Position numbers and translations under genes: made by a program. Under the pieces are notes generated by a model. That model made no database searches and was not told the DNA's origin. It worked only from the letters and a program-made list of their open reading frames with translations. From Botryllus schlosseri (lineage: Eukaryota): 64,000 bases of DNA. Location: the NCBI GenBank assembly GCA_051294905.1, contig CM119372.1, forward strand, positions 9,922,001 to 9,986,000, in the 5' to 3' direction. Shown here in pieces: positions 11,801-23,892 of this stretch. Position 1 is the first letter of the stretch. The number at the start of each line of letters is the position of its first letter.

Positions 11801-13734
11801 ACTATACTTGCCTTCTGTAATAAATAGTTGTTCGAACCAAGCGGCTGAGCCATTTATTACTAGAAATATTTACATTTTGTAAACTGGGAAGCATATTGGC
11901 TATAGGCCTACTTGCATAAATTTTACAAGTGATGTTTCACTTACATAACCAAACGATTTATTCACTCTTTCACAGTATCATGGCATAATTCAAAAAATTG
12001 CACTAATTTGTGAATAATATATATTATAAGTAATTTTAGGAGATCTTTGAAAGGACTTGCTTTCGTATTAAAAAAGTGGGAGTCGGAGTCAGGAGCATTT
12101 TTACAAACTTGGACCGCGACTCCAGCCAGTATTTTTTCAACGACTTCAACTCCAAGGAGTGTTAAAAAAAATCGGGACTCCGAATCCATTACGGAAAAAT
12201 TAGCGAAATTCCTACTTCGAATCCACCGACTCCGACTCCACAGCCCTGGTCAAAACAGAGAGGTGAGGTCCACAGAGCCATTAACATGCAAATGACAATA
12301 TAGGCTACTTTGCTTGTGCACTCATCGTGAAATAGATTTGGAATGCGACAACCAAAACCCATCCATTTATTTCTGGCAACAGCAAGTTTCAAAGGAACGG
12401 CCGTTTCGTAAAACGATACCTACTTTTAAATATTTATACATAACTTTTCAATAATTCCTGCGATAATGTTGTCCACGACATTCATACGTGCAGGTTCACT
12501 GCAACTGACTGCAAGCATTGAGTGCTGATAAATCTAAATCTAAATAGGACATTATAGCAATGGTTCTTAACCGAGGTTTCTGGGATCCTTGAGCCATTGT
12601 TTGAATGCAGGCAATTGGGCGCAATCATTCTCGAGTCCTGACTGCGGTAGTGGTACGCAGGACCGTAACAGCACTTCGTCAGCCCCCGCCCCAAACATTG
12701 GTGTTGGGCCCCCACAGGATGATAAACTGAACTTATGTACTAAACGTAATAAACTAAAAGGCGTACACGATTTCAAATTGGTATTTCTTCACTGGTAAAT
12801 ATAATGTTCCTTCAATATGGCATTTGTCTTTTGGGGCTCAGAACGCCAAAACAGGAACATTCTCGGCGCCAGCCATTCAGGCGGCTATGGACAATGAAGC
12901 ATGTATGCAATATCGAAGTTTTCGGTCAGCACAAGGGCAGTCCTTTTCGGACCAGGTCTTCTCGCTGCTGATCGTTCTGGCACACCTCGTGAAATTGCTT
13001 GTTACATTGTGCGTTGTGGTTGTGACGCGGTAATGTTGGGGGAAAGGGTACCCAATAGTCAAGATATTTGACATGATATCGTGCGCAGCGCGAAAAATCT
13101 TTGAAAAAGTTGAATAAAATTCCAAAAAAATGTAATATAAAAAAACTCTATAGGCTAATTTATGCTAATTTACGAAATAATTTTGGGCCCCCTTCGAGCT
13201 CGCCCCCTCCCAATTGGAGGTTTTGTGGTGCGGCAGTTTCGGTCCTGGTGACATACGTCGTGAGCAGTAGCGTACCCAGTGGTGGGGTTGCATTTAAAAC
13301 TAATGATGTTTTAAAACAATCTGTTTAAAACATGGTGTAAGCAATATTTTTTTAAAAGTGCCATTCAAAAATGCCTTTTGATAAGTTGTATAATTAAACG
13401 ATTATTGTGTAAATATTTTCGGAAAAACATGCTGTATGAGCCTACGGATGATTTTCACCCGATGCAGTCGACGAATACGATACGGAACGGCCGGAACCCT
13501 CGAAACCGTCGTCGGTTTAACAGGCAGTTATAGCACATGATACTGCTGTTTGTTTTATTTTTATGGAACAATTTTGGCGCTTATCGCGTAACCAGATAAT
13601 TTGCGCCATGATATTGAAGGCAGTAATGTTCGTCAGTGTCTTTGCCTTTGGTGCTCTTCCATACGGACGACTTCCAACCAGTAGCCACGCATCTATTCAC
13701 CAGCAGTTACCATCGCTTTCATGTTTCCGTATAA

Positions 13735-14337
13735 GGGAAGCGAATGGCGCAGCTGGTTACGCACTGCAGTCAAGACACCGATGGAAGTGGGTTCCAATTC
13801 CAGTTACGTGTCGCACCATAACATACAACAATAAGAATCAGAAAAAATCCAATTGCGCAGATCTGAAAATGGAATGTGAGAAAATGTGGCGATGCAAAAT
13901 AAACATTGTACCGATAGTCATTGGCGCTACAGGGACCGTAACCAAAAAACTCATGACACATATCTAACAGATTCCGGGTAACGTTCGATTCAACACGATT
14001 CAAAAGATCACGTTTTTGGGCAATGCGCATATTCTTCGGAAGGCCTTGAATGCACCACTGGACTAAAATTACACTTATGAATCACTGCATAATTTATGTC
14101 ATTTCGATTCTTCATTTTCAATCATTTCTACCTCTGCTCTATAATCCTTGCCAATGCTTCATGTACTGCAGTTCTGTAATCTGACTTCTCCATGTATTGC
14201 AGAGGAATAACAATTTGACTGCATTACTGAAATTTTAAAAATTTACTCCAATCTCGCCATTTTCCTTTTGGGGCAGGTTGCTCCCCGAATTACGTGTGTA
14301 TTTACCAGTTTTACTATGAATAAAGACCATAATAATA
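13735..14337 (+). mobile_element. Chimeric retroposon: tRNA-SINE head plus 3' end of a restriction-like-endonuclease (R4/Dong-like) LINE plus (TAA)n
   Basis: A box 13745-13756 and B box 13790-13801. 13829-14066 encodes ADLKMECEKMWRCKINIVPIVIGATGTVTKKL...*...IQKITFLGNAHILRKAL*. AATAAA at 14319, then a TAA tail. 14-bp TSD atgtttccgtataa (13721-13734)/atgtgtccgtataa (14338-14351). Confidence 0.85.
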
Positions 14338-15163
14338 ATGTGTCCGTATAACTAGTCCTTTGTTGCCGACATTGGCAGTGATGTTGGTGATGAGGAGCCC
14401 AGATGAACCACCGACACATAGAAGTTGGTCAGAACCGAGATTGGAACCACTGATGCCATTGGTGTCGTGACGCCGGTGCTTAACCAAGTGCGCCACTCGC
14501 TTCCCAGCGGCACATATATATAATATAGATCATTTGTACGGAATGAATGTTATGATGATGATGATGACCGTCGACCGTAAAAATGCTGCATAACGATTTG
14601 ATTCTGGTCAAAGATATTTTAGTCCATGGAACCATATTTACCCTATATTTTAAATTGTCAATGTCAATCCGCGGTGTCGTCGCAATTAAAGATTCGTGAC
14701 GGCATAGCTAAAAAAAACAATAAAAAACACGTTTAAACCTTCTTGTTTTAATTTGATTTTTGGAGTTAGAAATTCAAATCCCGTCATGCTAAAAGGGCGA
14801 TTCTATCTCCAATATTTTAGCTCATTTGAAATTAAGCCACATGCAGCAACAACAACTGTTTCGTTTCGTTGGAGCAATACGAAAGCACATACTAAGAAGA
14901 AGCCTCGCATTGCAAATTGGTCTCTGAAAGGGAATAGCAGGAGTCACAATACATGTTTATTACTGTTCGCGAAATCATAGCGACCATGAAATCATATTTC
15001 CATGTATTAGTTCATTTAACAAGCTGTTGACGTACAGCTTATTGTATGCACAAACAGTCTATAGCAATGCATTGGGTGTCGCCGAATTTATTATTAAACG
15101 TGGAGAGCCGCTTCCCTATATTCAGTAGGCTTCGCGCACAAAGTAAATATTTCCCTTTTCCTG

Positions 15164-15372
15164 CATATGAATTCTGGTCGGTGCAAGATCATGGAAGTTC
15201 TCAATATTACTTAGCAGTTGACTACTACTTCGGAGCAACCGAGTATATTCTCCCAAGTTTATCCGAGTGCATGAATCCTAGGATAGCTATCTTCTACAAT
15301 CTCGGCTCCACAAACATGAGGAAGCACAGCGTTCTTTTCATTAGGGAACTACTCAAGCTAAAGCCAAAATAG
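15164..15372 (+). pseudogene. Duplicated dead last exon (TM7/C-tail) of GPCR gene 1
   Basis: Paralog of 9503-9755. The acceptor CAG has become CTG (15161-15163), a 9-nt insertion breaks NPIFY (MNP-RIA-IFY), and TCG>TAG gives a premature stop at 15370. Confidence 0.88.
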
Positions 15373-16153
15373 AAGCGATCAGCTGAAGCCAGCCCTTATC
15401 ATGAAACATCAGGCGATATCAATCTATAATGTTTATACCGCATATCTTTCTTTCCTACTATTGTGCAGGGTGTTACAGAACACCCTAATGCGGCCCGCAA
15501 AAATGCGATTTCAACTTGCCAATTTTTAAAATATCTGGACTATATTTTGGTGTGTAAAATATCTCAATGCAGAGTTGTGTATCCGGCGATATTCGGGCTA
15601 ATTGCGGCCACTGAGAAAAACCTGTTCGATCCGCACAGGCGTATTTATTCTGAATGCTGACGCGAGTTCATTACCATGCAGATTTAATTGAAATACCTTT
15701 TTTGAGCTCTGTTTATGTTATTAAGTTCTTCAATATATACCGAAGTGATGGATTTGCTAAAAATGGTTCAGCCTAATATATATCATGCGCATTTCATTTT
15801 AATAATTGCATGCTTCAGTATTGTCCATGTTAGACTTGTCCTTCATAAATGTCGGCGAAGCGCTTTTTGTGAGTCCTTCTCCTACAATCTGCAGCATAGA
15901 ACGCATGTGCGCGATAAAGCTCATATGAGACCAGAAATCCCACGTTTCGATTTTTCCACCCAAATCTAGGTTTTTCGATCCCCTGGGATACTGTTCCTTG
16001 AATTTTTTAACGTTTATTGATGGCCGTAGCCTTACATTAGAAAGCTCCAAGATCAAGTGGTAGGCTACACCAAACGTCGCTACACTGCAACATCATGCAG
16101 AAACAAATGAACAATCAATCATTTACTAACAAACTATATAAAGGTCTATAGAT

Positions 16154-17451
16154 CAGTAGTTCCCAACCTATTTCGACTCATCGCCCCCTTTTCAAACTCC
16201 ACACCGATCATCGCCCCCCAAATATTGGTAACCGAAAAATGGGTATATAGTCTGAAATCACCGGCGAGTTGACTAAGAATAAGGATCAACTTTTCGGCTG
16301 AGATCGAAATTACACTTTTCCAGTTAAACTTTGATGAGTTGACTAATGAAAAAGGTGATTTGTCCGACTTGATAACAAAAGGACCGTAACAGCACTTCGT
16401 CAGTCCCCCCTCTCAATACGTTGGTCTTGACCCCCCTCCATAGGGCGATAAAGCAAACTTCTGCACCCCTCAGACCAAACTTCCGCGATACCTCTTTACC
16501 GCTACTTCTCAGCACAAATTGCTGGACTCTTTAGTTAGTCGGCTTAATTCGCGGTTTTTTATCCTCTCTCTGCTCATGTATTCAGATTTACCGGTAAAGC
16601 TGCGTGAGGTGTTTTGGAAAATGTAAGGCCCGTAAATAATAATTGAACATATTCGGGCGGACCCGTGGGTATAATGACTTCGTTACGTGGTGATATTTCG
16701 TGGCCTGTCTGCTATGTCAAAAGATATTCAAATCGCCCATATGTACTAAACTAAAAGACGCACACGATTTGAAATTGGTATTTCTGCACTGGCAATAATT
16801 AATTTTTCTCTGCGAGATGGCATTTTTGTGGGGTTCTGATCGCCAGGACAGGAACATTTGGCGCCAGCCATTTAGGCGCCTGTGGACAATTAAATATATA
16901 TATGTATATTGTATATCGTATACATATCGAAGTCGGCCAGTATAGAGGCAGTCCATTTCCGCCAAGGTTTTCTCGTTCTGGCACACTTCTCGGAGTCGCA
17001 TGTTACATGGCCTGAAACTTCATATGTCTTTGTGCGTCATGGTGTGATAATGGCTGACGCTGAGATGGCCATTTCTATAACTCACGCGTATTATTTCTTG
17101 GAGGAAGGGTATCCAATAAGCAAGAAATACGTGACCACGAAATGGCGTGCAGCGCGAAAGTTTTTCGAAAAAGTTGCCAAAATTTCCAAAATAATACTCT
17201 ATAATTAATGTTAATTCACGAAAAAATTGTGGGCCCCCTTCGAGCTCGGGCCCCCATCCCAATTGAAGGTTTGGGTGTGGCAGTTATGGTAATGACCGCC
17301 AATATAGCCATTTCAACTCGCCATCGCCCCCTATCGCCCCCTTCGTCCGTTTTCGCCCCCCTATCGCCCCCTTGGCTATTTTCTCCCCCCTGGAGTCTGG
17401 ACCGACAAATCGCCCCCTGGGGGGCGATATCCCCCACGTTGGGAACCACTG
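16154..17451. mobile_element. hAT Charlie-like MITE with ATCGCCCCC repeats, containing a nested CAGGRCCG-family copy
   Basis: TIRs CAGTAGTTCCCAAC/GTTGGGAACCACTG. Flanks gtctatagat/gtctagat resemble an NTCTAGAN target. Confidence 0.8.
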
Positions 17452-18903
17452 GTCTAGATGCAACCAATTTAAGCCTGACAAATTACTTCACTACACACGT
17501 CGTTTTAGGAACATGACACCGAAGGAAATAAATATCACAGTATAAACCGGGGAAAATCTCTTAACCATGACACCCAGCATTGTTACGTTTGAGCGTGGCT
17601 AAAAGAATGAACTATAGGAAATTCAATATCAAGGGTTCAAAGTTACTTCTACGTCAATTTGACTGTAGTTATTAACTGGCATTTTCCAGTTGTCTCATAG
17701 AATTTTGAGTGAAATACAGGATCTGGATTTTCAGGGCATTTTGGCGGCCACGTGTTTTTTCCGAAATATCCCTGTCGGACCCTTTAATGAGACAGACGCG
17801 ACATTGCAACACAGTGATATAATCAATCTGGTGCTTTATAGTTGATTTGGTATTGTAGGGGTGGCATATATCGTTGCCGTAGCTTGATGACTGCTACGGA
17901 TTACGCGTGAAATGATCAATTAATTAGTCCAGAGATGGGAAACTTGGCATTTTCAGACTATATCACCAGGCATCGCAATTAATAGATGAAATCGACCTTC
18001 ATCAGCAGTGATCAAAGATTGTATACATTTCTCTCTGCCCTGCGAATTTTAGTTTACCGTTAACATTGCAAGTGTACAGACTCCATATTTTACGTTGTGT
18101 TGGTGAGTGATTTATCAGGGTCACAGTTTTCAGTTGAGAGTTAACAAATGATACACGGGATGCAAAGGACTGGCGAGATCGCGACAATAGTAGTAAAAGG
18201 TTATATGGAGCTGTAACGTACGTTCAGTCAAACGACCGTACGTTATATTTTGATTAGAAATTCGACTATATGAAGTTTGGCTAGTCGAGAAGCTTGCCAA
18301 CTCGGTTGCAATTCTACCTTGCTTGTAATCACTTCGTACCTCCCAAGGCCTACGCTTGAGACGCTGTCAATACAAACCACTGGTTTATAGGTAGGAAAGC
18401 AATTTAATGGCTTGCTAAAGTTCCCGCCAATTTAAAGTTAGCAGTCGCAACAGGTTAACAATAGTCAACTCCCTGAGCTAAACGTCTATCTAAATACAAT
18501 AACAATACAATCGACAAAACAATATCACATTACAATCTATTCTCCCTAATTCCTAGCTCACAAATACCTGAATGAATCACGCAAATAAGCAACCTTGAAA
18601 CCGCGAGGGCAATGCCGCTACAATATGGCTCATGTGCGAAACGAACAATTTCTCGTGCTAGAAGCCAGTAACTCTTCGTTATAGAGATAAGTTTGTGTAC
18701 CTTATAAAACGAACCAAACCCCACTCTTTGCATCCACCAATTAGGCATAAATGCATGTGTAGGCATCCCTAATCCGTTAAATATCCTGTTTATGTATTGC
18801 CTTCCTTCTTGGCCGACACCAACCATGACAACTCTTCTGCTATACCTATTTCCGCTCATTATCAGAAGACGACGGTGTGGCGGGGCCGCAGGTCCTCTTG
18901 AGG

Positions 18904-19574
18904 CAGTACTTCTTAACCGGTGTTCCACGAAACACTAGGGTTGCTCTGAGCCAGAATCTGAGATCCGTGTATGTCGAGACACACACTCGACCCATATGAT
19001 TTGTGATGATACGCCAGTCTTTGCCATCACCGTGGCAAGTAAATAGGCCCGATCAGTGGTCGAATTGTGACTGTTTGTGGCAGTGTAGTCGTTTGCAGGT
19101 ACCGTACGCATAGGGGAGGGTGATATGGGGTTCGAAATCGAACCCTCTTATTCTGAAATGTCAAATATATTTACAAGTTCATTTGAAATTAAGCAATTGG
19201 TATATCATGCACTCTGTGGCGCCTCGCCGAATAATACCACGATGACACGTTCCAAGAAGAAGTCTCGCATTTCTAACCGTGATATCTTAAAGGGAACAGT
19301 AAAAGTCATAGTGATTTGCAATGAGTTGCGATCAGTATTTATTACTATGTCTTCGCTTTGTGTGAAAAATATGTTCTAACGTTGTTTCTTTCTTTTAACA
19401 CTCTGTTGATGCACAGTTCATTTTGTGCACTAGTATTCTGTAGCATGATATGCGTACTTAAATGGGTATAATGGTAGATTTTGGGTTTTATGACTCAGCG
19501 AAAGTTTGGGTTCTGCGATAAGGCTTACAGATTGGCGTAAGTGTTCCCAGGCCAGTATAGGTCAAGAACCACTG
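18904..19574. mobile_element. Degenerate Charlie-like MITE
   Basis: Ends CAGTACTTCTTAACC/GGTCAAGAACCACTG; TSD not convincing. Confidence 0.55.
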
Positions 19575-19899
19575 TATGAGCGCGCTGGATCTAGGTAAAG
19601 CTAGGTGTCTGATACGAAGGAAGAACAATATTTCTCGTAGTGATAATTTTTCACGAGATCGGCATAATTCTCGCCATATCTCGGTCACTTACTTCGCAAG
19701 CTTGCGACACTCTCTCACTATGGATTGCATGAACCCTGGGTATATAAACTCGTTTGCAGCGTTTTAACTTTTATACCCATTCGCGCAACCTGAACAATAT
19801 CGACGTATCTGTATCTGTGGATTGAGAATTCACTCTCCGGGACAACAGCGGGCGCGAAGTCAAGTTGCATTAGGTTAGCTATACCATTGTACTTCCGGT

Positions 19900-21152
19900 C
19901 AGCACCGTAACTGCCGCACCCCAAACCCCCCAATTGGGGGGCGAGCTCGAAGGGGGCCCAAAATTATTTCGTGAATTAGCATAAATCATAGAGTATTTTT
20001 TGAAAATTTATGCGAATTCAAGTAGCCATTTATCTATATTATTGGATATTGGGCCATTACCGCGCCACGACCCGCCAAGACATACAATCAAGTTTTAGGC
20101 CATATAACATGCGACTCCAAGAAGTGTGCCAGAACGATCGGCAGCGAGAAAACCTTGGCCGAAAAGGTCTATGCCCTTATGCTGACAGAAGACTCCGTTA
20201 TATATACAAAATACATATAGGTTTAATCGTCCATAGGCGCCTAAATGACTGGCGCCGAATGTTCCTGTCTTTGCAATCTGAACCTCACAAGACAAATACC
20301 ATCCCGCTGGGAAAAATTTTATGCCAGTGAAGAAATACCAATTTGAAATCGTGTGCGTCTCTTAGTTTAGAAGCCTACGTTTGGGCGATTCTATATTTTT
20401 TGATATAGTAGACTGGAAGTCACGAAATAACATCATGTAACGAAGTCATATCAACGGGTCCGCCCGCCCGAAGATGTTTTATTATTACTTACGGGCCCTC
20501 CCGTTTTCAAGACACTTCACTCAGATCTACCGCTAAATCTAATTACGTGAGTGGAGAGGACAATAAATTGATAGCATAATATATATGCAATCGCCGATCT
20601 GATTGACCGATTTTATCATGAATTATCGAAAATTTTCGCGCTTGGCGCTGCCTCACAATACAGTACAAATAATTTCGTGACGAACGCGAACAACGTGATG
20701 GGGAGTCGTTTTACACCCCATGGGACCCCAAGACCCACGTTTTTGGGGGCCTGACGAGGTACTGTTTCGTTCCTGTCAACGGGTATACGCCCGAAGATGT
20801 TTAATTATTATTGAGTGGTCCTACCTTTACAAACACACCTCACTCAGCTCTACCGGCAAATCTGATTACGTGAGCAGAGAGAATATAAAATTGATAACGA
20901 TATATCTGCAATTCCCGATCATGCTGACCGATTCAATCATGAATTCTATGAATTTCCCGCGCTTCGCGCGCTTAGGCGACAAGAGCTGATTCACTAGAGA
21001 AACTCCTAATGAATATGATAAATAGCGGTAAACAGTGTATCGCTGGAGAGGGGTCTGGGGAGGTTGGGCCCCCAAAAGTTTGGCATATAACCATATGGGG
21101 GGCCCAAGACCAAAGTTTTTTGGGGGGCTGACGAAGTGCTGTTACGGCCCTG
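19900..21152 (-). mobile_element. hAT-type MITE, CAGGRCCGTAAC family (long ~1.25-kb form)
   Basis: Ends CAGCACCGTAAC/GTTACGGCCCTG. Alignable along its whole length, inverted, to 45154-46422. Confidence 0.85.
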
Positions 21153-21813
21153 CCTGTAATTTCCATATTCTTTTATTAATATCTGTAGACCAAGGTGGGT
21201 TTTGATTGAATATACTAATCCAGGTCGTTTAGAAGCGTTCCATCTATTCTCTTTATCGCGATCTTGTGGTATCCATGAATGACGAAAAAAATAACTAATT
21301 ATGATGACGTACAAGAAATTATAAGTTATCGAGTCGAGTCCTTTATCAGAATTAGATAGACAAAGGATACCGCAGAAATTCCCATCACATCGCATCCCAT
21401 GTTATGAGTATATCACCAGCAGGGCCAGAAATGTCGCAGCCCAAATTCAAGCTCGAAGTAGCCCGAAACATAATTCGTAAATTAACACATATAAATACTA
21501 TTTGGGAGATTTATTCAACATGAAGATTTTCGTCGCGCCTCTCGCGTTTTGTGTCATTTGATTTCTCGATTTTTATGGGGCTACCCTATACCCAACAAAA
21601 AATTCCATAATTTATAGAAATGACTCCGAATATATTCGCAATTATGAGAGAATGGCTTATTCCTAATATCTTTGAGGCCCTTGCCATGCGTGGCTCAGGG
21701 TTCGTATTGGCGCCGACCATTACCGCGCCACGGCACATTAAGAGGTATGAAGTTTAGGTCAAAGTGTGGCTAGGTGTACTTCCAAAGTGGCCAACGCGTG
21801 TTGGTCGAACACC

Positions 21814-23105
21814 CTGAGGTGGTCAGTAACGAAGTACTTTTTCGGAGTACTCAAGTAGTTTTCCTCTACTTCTGGTACTTACTCAAGTAGATCTCATTTT
21901 CGCTACTTCTACTTCTACTTCGTAATATTTTGTGATCTACTTACTTACTTTTCGCTATTTTCAGTTTGTCAAGTAGAAGTAGTTTAATCTTCCAATCAGG
22001 AAGATATCCTGAAGAATTTCGGGGCTGTTCTCACGGAGTATCAACATTTAATTTTCATAAAAGTTTAATAAAGTCTAGAATTTTCGTCGAGCTTCGCGCG
22101 CAGTGCCGGATACGGAGTGACCAGTATGATTTCACAAAGGATCGGTGAATACAATTTAGGTAGAGGGTTGGCGTGGTTCCGTTCACACCACATTGTCGCC
22201 CTTCGTTAATTTCAAATAATTCATCACAGTATATATGGCTCATCATAACGTTTGAAACTGATGTTTCGCAATCTAGCATTCACTTGTCATATTGTAATCT
22301 AGCATGTCCACGGCGTGTCCAAATCTGGAAAAGTGGACTCTGACTTTTTTTAGTTTTAGAGCTGTTTTAGTATGCCACCTTTGAAACTTTCTAGACTAAA
22401 AACATGAAATACATGTGCCGCTTTTAGAAGTAGTATTTATATTTTACTTTCAATTCCCAGTATCATATACTTTGAGTTCTAATTAATGTCAGTTCTTGTG
22501 TCTGAATAACATACATGTTGAAGTATACAAGCAAGTGCAGTAATGCCTTCAATTTCTGGAAATAAAGCTACACAATATGGCATTTTTACGGTCCACCTTA
22601 TTTTTCATTAACGTTTACTAATCGCGCAAAGTGTTTACACCGTATCCTATACAACTTCTCGGTATTATTCTTCGACTAAACTACGGGCCTCATAATATCG
22701 GAAATGGCGTCATACCATGCTATTTTCTAAAACGTGTTGTTCGAGACGACTAAGGATTAGCATCACATTTTCATATCAATACTATCATTTTCATCCCATG
22801 ATGTGGACGAATATCTCATGCTATCGACAATTGGATACCTGTTGGTATGCATCAATATGAATCAGACTCGCCACCTATGGCATAGCTCAATTTGCACCTT
22901 TTTGCAATCCATGTGAACGAATTAGGATCGTTTTCATAACTACTTACTTACTTGAGTACTTTTACATCAGTCAATTTTACTTCTACTTCAAGTAGTTTTA
23001 GGTTGCTTATAGAAGAAGTACTTTTACTCGTACTTGAGTAGATTTTTTTCGTCGCTACTTCCGCTTCTACTTGAGTAGATTTCTTGACTACTTTGACCAC
23101 CTCTG
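21814..23105. mobile_element. hAT-type MITE (CAGAGGTGGTCA TIR, AGTAG/TACTT arrays)
   Basis: TIRs CTGAGGTGGTCA/TGACCACCTCTG with perfect TSD cgaacacc (21806-21813, 23106-23113). Relatives at 24503-25620 and 60142-60443. Confidence 0.88.
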
Positions 23106-23892
23106 CGAACACCCTATATCTCCATTGTCCATTGTCGAATTGTCCATAAGCACCTAAATGACCGGACCCTAGTGGTCCTGTCCTTGCAATCTGAGACCCA
23201 CAGTACAAATGGTACCCGCTTAAGAAAATGAGGCGCCCCTGAAGAAATGCTAATTTCTAATGGTGTTCGTCTCACGAAAGAAGTTCTCGGTTTAGTTTGG
23301 CCTGATACATCTGAGCGATTCTGATATCTATAGCGACAATCCAGACGGGAAGTCACGAAGTAGCAAAATCAAACAAAGTATCGCATAATTAATAAAAAAA
23401 GGAGCCAAGGAGAAAGCAGATGGACATGTTTTCTACAGCATCGACGAATTAATATAAAGCAAGCAATTTATTGATTGGTCTACGTACACGTCGTACATAT
23501 ACCGTGTATACTTCAATCATCGAGAGTGGCATGAAATCATCCTTTACCATGCCGCGTGATGCTTCTGTGTCGTCTTGAACGTTGTTTGAATTCCGGGGTA
23601 GCCTACTTACAACGGATCAAATATATTTTCACATTTTTAAAAACGCACAAGGCAAGGCATCTCCCTGCCAACAATTTCCTGATTCGACTAAGATAAGAAT
23701 GATTTAGGTTCCGAAGGTTTTGAATTTGGGACTTAAATCCAGACCCACCCAAATCGGATCCAATGTCTAGTAAAGCCAACGCGCGGACTGGTTTCTCTGA
23801 TCACACATTCAACAAAAAAATTCTCCAACTTGATACATGACGTGAATCTATACCATTCAATAATATATATTAGATTTTGTTCCGCGTGTGGC

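Larger units (their letters stand above)
6116..16112 (+). repeat. Tandem segmental duplication: ~6116-10415 duplicated at ~11204-16112
   Basis: The same MITEs, SINE and GPCR last exon occur in collinear order, with shared boundary sequences (cgactcgaatcattacaattga; accaaaYgtcgctacact). The copies have diverged by substitutions and indels. Confidence 0.93.

Noticed and set aside
13735..13810. Genuine tRNA gene (also 8780-8855 and 46607-46675)
   Set aside because: A and B boxes are present, but I could not form a full cloverleaf, and each continues into SINE body sequence.
18324..18534. Possible solo LTR (TGTAAT...ATTACA)
   Set aside because: No TSD (ttgct vs atcta), no second copy, and no PBS or internal sequence.
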